A DNA stretch of 64,000 nt from the human T2T-CHM13v2.0 reference genome, Homo sapiens: assembly GCF_009914755.1 (NCBI RefSeq), contig NC_060925.1, one strand, 5' to 3'. The notes under the pieces are model-generated. The model was given only the letters and a program-made list of their open reading frames with translations, ran no database searches and was not told the DNA's origin. Position 1 is the stretch's first letter. Each line of letters opens with the position of its first letter. The position numbers and the translations under genes are program-made. Below, one piece after another: positions 54,101 to 64,000 of this stretch.

Positions 54101-57100
54101 TGTGGGAATGATTCTGTCTAGTTTTGAAACGAAGATATTTCCTTTTCTGCCGTTGACCTTAAAGAGCTTGAAAACTACACTTGCAAATTGCACAAATAGA
54201 GTGTTTCAAATCTGCTCTGTCTAAGGGAACGTTCAACTCTGTGAGTTGAATGCACACAACACAAGGAAGTTACTGGGAATTCTTCTGTCTAGCCTTACAT
54301 GAAAAAAACCCGTTTCCAAAGAAGGCCTCTAAGTGGTCAAAATTTCCACGTGCAGACTTTACAAACAGAGTGTTTCCAAACCGCTGAATGAAAAGAAAAG
54401 TTAAACTCTGAGAGTTGAACGCACACATCACGCAGCAGTTTCTGAGAATGATTCTGTCTAGTTTTTATACGAAGATATTTCCTTTTCTGCCTTTGGCCCC
54501 AAAGCGCTTGAAATCTCCACTTGCAAATTCCACAAAAACAGTGTTTCAAATCTGCTCTCTCTAAATGAAAGTTCAACTCTGTCAGTTGAATACACACAAC
54601 ACAAGGAAGTTACTGAGAATTCTTCTGTCTAGCATAATATAAAGAAATCCCGTTTCCAACGAAGGCCTCAAAGGGGTCTGAATATCCACTTGCAGACTTT
54701 ATAAACAGAGTGTTTACTAACTGCTCTATGAAAAGAAAGGTTAAACTCTGTGAGTTGAACACACACATCACAAAGGAGTTTCTGAGAATCATTCTGTCTA
54801 GTTTTTCTACGAAGATATTTCCTTTTCTACTATTGACCTCAAAGCGGCTGAAATCTCCACTTGCAAATTCCACAAAAAGAGTGTTTCAAGTCTGCTCTGT
54901 GTAAAGGATCGTTCAACTCTGTGAGTTGAATACACACAACACAAGGAAGTTACTGAGAATTCTTCTGTCTAGCAGAATAGGAAGAAATCCCGTTTCCAAC
55001 GAAGGCCTCAAAGAGGTCTGAATATCCACTTGCAGACTTTACAAACAGAGTGTTTCCTAACTGCTCTATGAAAAGAAAGGTTAAACTCTGTGAGTTGAAC
55101 GCACACATCACAAAGGAGTTTCTGAGAATCGTTCTGTCTAGTTTCTATAGGAAGATATTTCCTATTCTACCATTGACCTCAAAGCGGCTGAAATCTCCAC
55201 TTGCAAATTCCACAAAAAGAATGTTTCAAGTCTGCTCTGTGTAAAGGATCGTTCAACTCTGTGAGTTGAATACACACAACACAAGGAAGTTACTGAGAAT
55301 TCTTCTGTCTAGCAGAATATGAAGAAATCCCGTTTCCAACGAAGGCCTCAAAGAGGTCTGAATATCCACTTGCAGACTTTACAAACAGAGTGTTTCCTAA
55401 CTGCTCTATGAAAAGAAAAGTTAAACTCTGTGAGTTGAACGCACACATCACAAAGGAGTTTCTGAGAATCATTCTGTCTAGTCTTTATACGAAGATATTT
55501 CCTTTTCTACCATTGACCTCAAAGCGGCTGAAATCTCCACTTGCAAATTCCACAAAAAGAGTGTTTCAAGTCTGCTCTGTGTAAAGGACCGTACAACTCT
55601 GTGAGTTGAATACACACAACACAAGGAAGTTACTGAGAATTCTTCTGTCTAGCAGAATATGAAGAAATCCCGTTTCCAACGAAGGCCTCAAGGAGGTCTG
55701 AATATCCACTTGCAGACTGTATAAACAGAGTGTTTCCTAACTGCTCTATGAACAGAAAGGTTAAACTCTGTGAGTTGAACGAACACATCACAACGCAGTT
55801 TGTGGGAATGATTCTGTCTAGTTTTGAAACGAAGAAATTTCCTTTTCTGCCATTGACCTTAAAGCGCTTGAAATCTACACTTGCAAATTGCACAAATAGA
55901 GTGTTTCAAATCTGCTCTGTCTAAGGGAACGTTCAACTCTGTGAGTTGAATGCACACAACACAAGGAAGTTACTGGGAATTCTTCTGTCTAGCCTTACAT
56001 GAAGAAAACCCGTTTCCAACGAAGGCCTCTAAGAGGTCAAAATATCCACGTGCAGACTTTACAAAGAGAGTGTTTCCAAACCGCTGAATGAAAAGAAAAG
56101 TTAAACTCTGAGAGTTGAACGCAGACATCACGCAGCAGTTTCTGAGAATGATTCTGTCTAGTTTTTATACGAAGATATTTCCTTTTCTGCCTTTGGCCCC
56201 AAAGCGCTTGAAATCTCCACTTGCAAATTCCACAAAAACAGTGTTTCAAATCTGCTCTCTCTAAATGAAAGTTCAACTCTGTCAGTTGAATACACACAAC
56301 ACAAGGAAGTTACTGAGAATTCTTCTGTCTAGCATAATATGAAGAAATCCCGTTTCCAACGAAGGTCTCAAAGGGGTCTGAATATCCACTTGCAGACTTT
56401 ATAAACAGAGTGTTTACTAACTGCTCTATGAAAAGAAAGGTTAAACTCTGTGAGTTGAACACACACATCACAAAGGAGTTTCTGAGAATCATTCTGTCTA
56501 GTTTTTCTACGAATATATTTCCTTTTCTACTATTGACCTCAAAGCGGCTGAAATCTCCACTTGCAAATTCCACAAAAAGAGTGTTTCAAGTCTGCTCTGT
56601 GTAAAGGGTCGTTCAACTCTGTGAGTTGAATACACACAACACAAGGAAGTTACTGAGAATTCTTCTGTCTAGCAGAATATGAAGAAATCCCGTTTCCAAC
56701 GAAGGCCTCAAGGAGGTCTGAATATCCACTTGCAGACTTTACAAACAGAGTGTTTCCTAACTGCTCTATGAACAGAAAGGTTAAACTCTGTGAGTTGAAC
56801 GCACACATCACAAAGGAGTTTATGAGAATCATTCTGTCTAGTCTTTATACGAAGATATTTCCTTTTCTACCATTGACCTCAAAGCGGCTGAAATCTCCAC
56901 TTGCAAATTCCACAAAAAGAGTGTTTCAAGTCTGCTCTGTGTAAAGGGTCCTTCAACTCTGTGAGTTGAATACACACAACACAAGGAAGTTACTGAGAAT
57001 TCTTCTGTCTAGCAGAATATGAAGAAATCCCGTTTCCAACGAAGGCCTCAAAGAGGTCTGCATATCCACTTGCAGACTTTACAAACAGAGTGTTTCCTAA

Positions 57101-60100
57101 CTGCTCTATGAGAAGAAAAGTTAAACTCTGTGAGTTGAACGCACACATCACAAAAGATTTTCTGAGAATCATTCTGTCTAGTCTTTATATGAAGATAGTT
57201 TCCTTTTCTACCATTGACCTCAAAGCGGCTGAAATCTCCACTTGCAAATTCCACAAAAAGAGTGTTTCAAGTCTGCTCTGTGTAAAGGATCGTTCAACTC
57301 TGTGAGTTGAATACACACAACACAAGGAAGTTACTGAGAATTCTTCTGTCTAGCAGAATATGAAGAAATCCCGTTTCCAACGAAGGCCACAAGATGTCAG
57401 AATATCCACTTACAGACTTTACAAACAGAGTGTTTCCTAACTGCTCTATGAACAGAAAGGTTAAACTCTGTGAGTTGAACGAACACATCACAACGCAGTT
57501 TGTGGGAATGATTCTGTCTAGTTTTGAAACGAAGATATTTCCTTTTCTGCCGTTGACCTTAAAGAGCTTGAAAACTACACTTGCAAATTGCACAAATAGA
57601 GTGTTTCAAATCTGCTCTGTCTAAGGGAACGTTCAACTCTGTGAGTTGAATGCACACAACACAAGGAAGTTACTGGGAATTCTTCTGTCTAGCCTTACAT
57701 GAAAAAAACCCGTTTCCAACGAAGGCCTCTAAGTGGACAAAATTTCCACGTGCAGACTTTACAAACAGAGTGTTTCCAAACCGCTGAATGAAAAGAAAAG
57801 TTAAACTCTGAGAGTTGAACGCACACATCACGCAGCAGTTTCTGAGAATGATTCTGTCTAGTTTTTATACGAAGATATTTCCTTTTCTGCCTTTGGCCCC
57901 AAAGCGCTTGAAATCTCCACTTGCAAATTCCACAAAAACAGTGTTTCAAATCTGCTCTCTCTAAATGAAAGTTCAACTCTGTCAGTTGAATACACACAAC
58001 CCAAGGAAGTTACTGAGAATTCTTCTGTCTAGCATAATATGAAGAAATCCCGTTTCCAACGAAGGCCTCAAAGGGGTCTGAATATCCACTTGCAGACTTT
58101 ATAAACAGAGTGTTTACTAACTGCTCTATGAAAAGAAAGGTTAAACTCTGTGAGTTGAACACACACATCACAAAGGAGTTTCTGAGAATTATTCTGTCTA
58201 GTTTTTCTACGAAGATATTTCCTTTTCTACTATTGACCTCAAAGCGGCTGAAATCTCCACTTGCAAATTCCACAAAAAGAGTGTTTCAAGTCTGCTCTGT
58301 GTAAAGGATCGTTCAACTCTGTGAGTTGAATACACACAACACAAGGAAGTTACTGAGAATTCTTCTGTCTAGCAGAATAGGAAGAAATCCCGTTTCCAAC
58401 GAAGGCCACAAGATGTCAGAATATCCACTTACAGACTTTACAAACAGAGTGTTTCCTAACTGCTCTATGAACAGAAAGGTTAAACTCTGTGAGTTGAACG
58501 AACACATCACAACGCAGTTTGTGGGAATGATTCTGTCTAGTTTTGAAACGAAGATATTTCCTTTTCTGCCGTTGACCTTAAAGCGCTTGAAATCTACACT
58601 TGCAAATTGCACAAATAGAGTGTTTCAAATCTGCTCTGTCTAAGGGAACGTTCAACTCTGTGAGTTGAATGCACACAACACAAGGAAGTTACTGGGAATT
58701 CTTCTGTCTAGCCTTACATGAAAAAAACCCGTTTCCAACGAAGGCCTCTAAGTGGTCAAAATTTCCACGTGCAGACTTTACAAACAGAGTGTTTCCAAAC
58801 CGCTGAATGAAATGAAAAGTTAAACTCTGAGAGTTGAACGCACACATCACGCAGCAGTTTCTGAGAATGATTCTGTCTAGTTTTTATACGAAGATATTTC
58901 CTTTTCTGCCTTTGGCCCCAAAGCGCTTGAAATCTCCACTTGCAAATTCCACAAAAACAGTGTTTCAAATCTGCTCTCTCTAAATGAAAGTTCAACTCTG
59001 TCAGTTGAATACACACAACACAAGGAAGTTACTGAGAATTCTTCTGTCTAGCATAATATGAAGAAATCCCGTTTCCAACGAAGGCCTCAAAGGGGTCTGA
59101 ATATCCACTTGCAGACTTTATAAACAGAGTGTTTACTAACTGCTCTATGAAAAGAAAGGTTAAACTCTGTGAGTTGAACACACACATCACAAAGGAGTTT
59201 CTGAGAATCATTCTGTCTAGTTTTTCTACGAAGATATTTCCTTTTCTACTATTGACCTCAAAGCGGCTGAAATCTCCACTTGCAAATTCCACAAAAAGAG
59301 TGTTTCAAGTCTGCTCTGTGTAAAGGATCGTTCAACTCTGTGAGTTGAATACACACAACACAAGGAAGTTACTGAGAATTCTTCTGTCTAGCAGAATATG
59401 AAGAAATCCCGTTTCCAACGAAGGCCTCAAAGAGGTCTGAATATCCACTTGCAGACTTTACAAACAGAGTGTTTCCTAACTGCTCTATGAAAAGAAAGGT
59501 TAAACTCTGTGAGTTGAACGCACACATCACAAAGGAGTTTCTGAGAATCGTTCTGTCTAGTTTCTATAGGAAGATGTTTCCTATTCTACCATTGACCTCA
59601 AAGCGGCTGAAATCTCCACTTGCAAATTCCACAAAAAGAGTGTTTCAAGTCTGCTCTGTGTAAACGATCGTTCAACTCTGTGAGTTGAATACACACAACA
59701 CAAGGAAGTTACTGAGAATTCTTCTGTCTAGCATAATATGTAGAAATCCCGTTTCCAACGAAGGCCTCAAATAGGTCTGAATATCCACTTGCAGACTTTA
59801 CAAACAGAGTGTTTCCTAACTGCTCTATGAAAAGAAAAGTTAAACTCTGTGAGTTGAACGCACACATCACAAAGGAGTTTCTGAGAATCGTTCTGTCTAG
59901 TTTCTATAGGAAGATATTTCCTATTCTACCATTGACCTCAAAGCGGCTGAAATCTCCAGTTGCAAATTCCACAAAAAGAATGTTTCAAGTCTGCTCTGTG
60001 TAAAGGATCGTTCAACTCTGTGAGTTGAATACACACAACACAAGGAAGTTACTGAGAATTATTCTGTCTAGCATAATATGAAGAAATCCCGTTTCCAACG

Positions 60101-61955
60101 AAGGCCTCAAAGAGGTCTGAATATCCACTTGCAGACTTTACAAACAGAGTGTTTCCTAACTGCTCTATGAAAAGAAAAGTTAAACTCTGTGAGTTGAACG
60201 CACACATCACAAAGGAGTTTATGAGAATCATTCTGTCTAGTCTTTATACGAAGATATTTCCTTTTCTACCATTGACCTCAAAGCGGCTGAAATCTCCACT
60301 TGCAAATTCCACAAAAAGAGTGTTTCAAGTCTGCTCTGTGTAAAGGATCGTTCAACTCTGTGAGTTGAATACACACAACACAAGGAAGTTACTGAGAATT
60401 CTTCTGTCTAGCAGAATATGAAGAAATCCCGTTTCCAACGAAGGCCTCAAGGAGGTCTGAATATCCACTTGCAGACTTTACAAACAGAGTGTTTCCTAAC
60501 TGCTCTATGAACAGAAAGGTAAAACTCTGTGAGTTTAACGCACACATCACAAAGGAGTTTCTGAGAATCATTCTGTCTAGTCTTTATACGAAGATATTTA
60601 CTTTTCTACCATTGACCTCAAAGCGGCTGAAATCTCCACTTGCAAATTCCACAAAAAGAGTGTTTCAAGTCTGCTCTGTGTAAAGGATCATTCAACTCTG
60701 TGAGTTGAATAAACACAACACAAGGAAGTTACTGAGAATTCTTCTGTCTAGCAGAATATGAAGAAATCCCGTTTCCAACGAAGGCCTCAAGGAGGTCTGA
60801 ATATCCACTTGCAGACTTTACAAACAGAGTGTTTCCTAACTGCTCTATGAAAAGAAAGGTTAAACTCTGTGAGTTGAACGCACACATCACAAAGGAGTTT
60901 ATGAGAATCACTCTGTCTAGTTTCTATAAGAAGATATTTCCTATTCTACCATTGACCTCAAAGCGGCTGAAATCTCCACTTGCAAATTCGACAAAAAGAG
61001 TGTTTCAAGCCTGCTCTCTGTAAAGGATCCTTCAACTCTGTGAGTTGAATACACACAACACAAGGAAGTTACTGAGAATTATTCTGTCTAGCACAATATG
61101 AAGAAATCCCGTTTCCAACGAAGGCCTCAAAGAGGTCTGAATATCCACTTGCAGACTTTACAAACAGAGTGTTTCCTAACTGCTCTATGAGAAGAAAAGT
61201 TAAACTCTGTGAGTTGAACGCACACATCACAAAAGATTTTCTGAGAATCATTCTGTCTAGTCTTTATATGAAGATAGTTTCCTTTTCTACCATTGACCTC
61301 AAAGCGGCTGAAATCTCCACTTGCAAATTCCACAAAAAGAGTGTTTCAAGTCTGCTCTGTGTAAAGGATCGTTCAACTCTGTGAGTTGAATACACACAAC
61401 ACAAGGAAGTTACTGAGAATTCTTCTGTCTAGCAGAATATGAAGAAATCCCGTTTCCAATGAAGGCCTCAAGGAGGTCTGAATATCCACTTGCAGACTTT
61501 ACAAACAGAGTGTTTCCTAACTGCTCTATGAACAGAAAGGTTAAACTCTGTGAGTTGAACGCACACATCACAAAGGAGTTTCTGAGAATCATTCTGTCTA
61601 GTCTTTATACGAACATATTTTCTTTTCTACCATTGACTTCAAAGCGGCTGAAATCTCCACTTACAAATTCCACAGAAAGAGTGTTTCAAGTCTGCTCTGT
61701 GTAAAGGAACATTCAACTCTGTGAGTTGAATAAACACAACACAAGGAAGTTACTGAGAATTCTTCTGTCTAGCACAATATGAAGAAATCCCGTTTCCAAC
61801 GAAGGCCTCAAGGAGGTCTGAATATCCACTTGCAGACTTTACAAACAGAGTGTTTCCTAACTGCTCTATGAAAAGAAAGGTTAAACTCTGTGAGTTGAAC
61901 GCACACATCACAAAGGAGTTTATGAGAATCATTCTGTCTAGTTTCTATAAGAAGA
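47678..61955 (-). repeat. 14,278-bp super-repeat, copy 2; boundaries approximate
   Basis: Same HOR order and private variants as copy 1. Identity ends before ~62113 (CATAAT vs CAAAAT at 47834) and does not extend left of ~33286. Confidence 0.92.
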
Positions 61956-62393
61956 TATTTCCTATTCTACCATTGACCTCAAAGCGGCTGAAATCTCCAC
62001 TTGTAAATTCGACAAAAAGAGTGTTTCAAGCCTGCTCTCTGTAAAGGATCCTTCAACTCTGTGAGTTGAATACACACAACACAAGGAAGTTACTGAGAAT
62101 TATTCTGTCTAGCATAATATGAAGAAATCCCGTTTCCAACGAAGGCCTCAAAGAGGTCTGAATATCCACTTGCAGACTTTACAAACAGAGTGTTTCCTAA
62201 CTGCTCTATGAGAAGAAAAGTTAAACTCTGTGAGTTGAACGCACACATCACAAAAGATTTTCTGAGAATCATTCTGTCTAGTCTTTATATGAAGATAGTT
62301 TCCTTTTCTACCATTGACCTCAAAGCGGCTGAAATCTCCACTTGCAAATTCCACAAAAAGAGTGTTTCAAGTCTGCTCTGTGTAAAGGATCGT

Positions 62394-64000
62394 TCAACTC
62401 TGTGAGTTGAATACACACAACACAAGGAAGTTACTGAGAATTCTTCTGTCTAGCAGAATATGAAGAAATCCCGTTTCCAACGAAGGCCACAAGATGTCAG
62501 AATATCCACTTGCAGACTTTGCAAACAGAGTGTTTCCTAACTGCTCTATGAACAGAAAGGTTAAACTCTGTGAGTTGAACGAACTCATCACAACGCAGTT
62601 TGTGGGAATGATTCTGTCTAGTTTTGAAACGAAGATATTTCCTTTTCTGCCGTTGACCTTAAAGCGCTTGAAATCTACACTTGCAAATTGCACAAATAGA
62701 GTGTTTCAAATCTGCTCTGTCTAAGGGAACGTTCAACTCTGTGAGTTGAATGCACACAACACAAGGAAGTTACTGGGAATTCTTCTGTCTAGCCTTACAT
62801 GAAAAAACCCGTTTCCAACGAAGGCCTCTAAGTGGTCAAAATATCCACGTGCAGACTTTACAAACAGAGTGTTTCCAAACCGCTGAATGAAAAGAAAAGT
62901 TAAACTCTGAGAGTTGAACGCACACATCACGCAGCAGTTTCTGAGAATGATTCTGTCTAGTTTTTATACGAAGATATTTCCTTTTCTGCCTTTGGCCCCA
63001 AAGCGCTTGAAATCTCCACTTGCAAATTCCACAAAAACAGTGTTTCAAATCTGCTCTCTCTAAATGAAAGTTCAACTCTGTCAGTTGAATACACACAACA
63101 CAAGGAAGTTACTGAGAATTCTTCTGTCTAGCATAATATGAAGAAATCCCGTTTCCAACGAAGGCCTCAAAGGGGTCTGAATATCCACTTGCAGACTTCA
63201 TAAACAGAGTGTTTACTAACTGCTCTATGAAAAGAAAGGTTAAACTCTGTGAGTTGAACACACACATCACAAAGGAGTTTCTGAGAATCATTCTGTCTAG
63301 TTTTTCTACGAAGATATTTCCTTTTCTACTATTGACCTGAAAGCGGCTGAAATCTCCACTTGCAAATTCCACAAAAAGAGTGTTTCAAGTCTGCTCTGTG
63401 TAAAGTATCGTTCAACTCTGTGAGTTGAATACACACAACACAAGGAAGTTACTGAGAATTCTTCTGTCTAGCAGAATAGGAAGAAATCCCGTTTCCAACG
63501 AAGGCCTCAAAGAGGTCTGAATATCCACTTGCAGACTTTACAAACAGAGTGTTTCCTAACTGCTCTATGAAAAGAAAAGTTAAACTCTGTGAGTTGAACG
63601 CACACATCACAAAGGAGTTTATGAGAATCATTCTGTCTAGTCTTTATACGAAGATATTTCCTTTTCTACCATTGACCTCAAAGCGGCTGAAATCTCCACT
63701 TGCAAATTCCACAAAAAGAGTGTTTCAAGTCTGTTCTGTGTAAAGGATCGTTCAACTCTGTGAGTAGAATACACACAACACAAGGAAGTTACTGAGAATT
63801 CTTCTGTCTAGCAGAATATGAAGAAATCCCGTTTCCAACGAAGGCCTCAAGGAGGTCTGAATATCCACTTGCAGACTTTACAAACAGAGTGTTTCCTAAA
63901 TGCTCTATGAACAGAAAGGTTAAACTCTGTGAGTTGAACGCACACATCACAAAGGAGTTTCTGAGAATCATTCTGTCTAGTCTTTATACGAAGATATTTA
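62394..64000 (-). repeat. Partial HOR unit (A-B-C-D/E-F), cut by the window end
   Basis: Dimer A at 62394, B with a 6-A tract at ~62812, C at ~63170, an E-like dimer at 63549 and F-type GAACAG/TTTA at the end. Confidence 0.85.

Larger units (their letters stand above)
1..64000 (-). repeat. Alpha satellite higher-order repeat array, SF1 dimeric type; probably the active D1Z7/D5Z2/D19Z3 (S1C1/5/19H1L) array
   Basis: Uninterrupted ~170-bp monomers with alphoid motifs (AACTCTGTGAGTTGAA, TTCTGTCTAG, CCACTTGCA) and a strong 340-bp period (ORF track 323/663/1003; 5078/5418/5758/6098). CENP-B boxes occur in alternate monomers and GAATTC once in most dimers. A 1,019-bp 6-mer unit is present. Alpha satellite identity is essentially certain; the family assignment is from recall of SF1 organisation and is less certain (~0.75). 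Confidence 0.98.

Noticed and set aside
112-63971. Hundreds of 60-131 aa ORFs on both strands (MFPNCSMKRK..., MILRNSFVM..., MQFASVDFK...)
   Set aside because: They recur with the 340-bp period, overlap on opposite strands, often use non-ATG starts, and open or close with random SNVs. They are translations of satellite DNA and were used only as positional markers.
1-64000. CRISPR-like regular repeats
   Set aside because: There are no unique spacers, since the whole unit repeats, and no cas genes are present.
1-64000. Transposon insertion (L1/Alu) or inversion within the array
   Set aside because: Anchor spacings are all near-multiples of 340 bp, CENP-B boxes keep one orientation throughout, and no non-alphoid sequence was seen.
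1-64000. Assignment to a specific chromosome, or to the kinetochore (CENP-A/hypomethylated) site
   Set aside because: Chromosomes 1, 5 and 19 share this HOR family, and kinetochore position is epigenetic. Alignment and chromatin data are needed.

Overview
The whole 64 kb window is primate, almost certainly human, centromeric alpha satellite. It consists of about 376 head-to-tail ~170-bp monomers arranged as ~340-bp two-monomer units (dimers). Every second monomer carries a CENP-B box, seen on the + strand as TCCCGTTTCCAACGAAG, so the array reads in its conventional orientation on the minus strand. The dimeric organisation, the 340-bp EcoRI period and a 1.02-kb 6-mer core point to suprachromosomal family 1, most likely the active D1Z7/D5Z2/D19Z3 (S1C1/5/19H1L) array. 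The chromosome cannot be fixed from this window. I saw no genes, transposon insertions or inversions, and all listed ORFs are translations of the satellite. I distinguish eight dimer types, labelled A-H here. They form a 16-mer (~2.72 kb) higher-order repeat (HOR) with 6-, 10-, 12-, 14- and 24-mer variants. Shared private variants show nested amplification: a 14,278-bp (84-monomer) tandem duplication, a ~6.8-kb block repeated 18,017 bp away, smaller 2.04-kb and 3.4-kb-offset duplications, hybrid dimers and a more diverged patch near 18-21.7 kb. I found no new gene-based system; the interest lies in the array architecture and its turnover.
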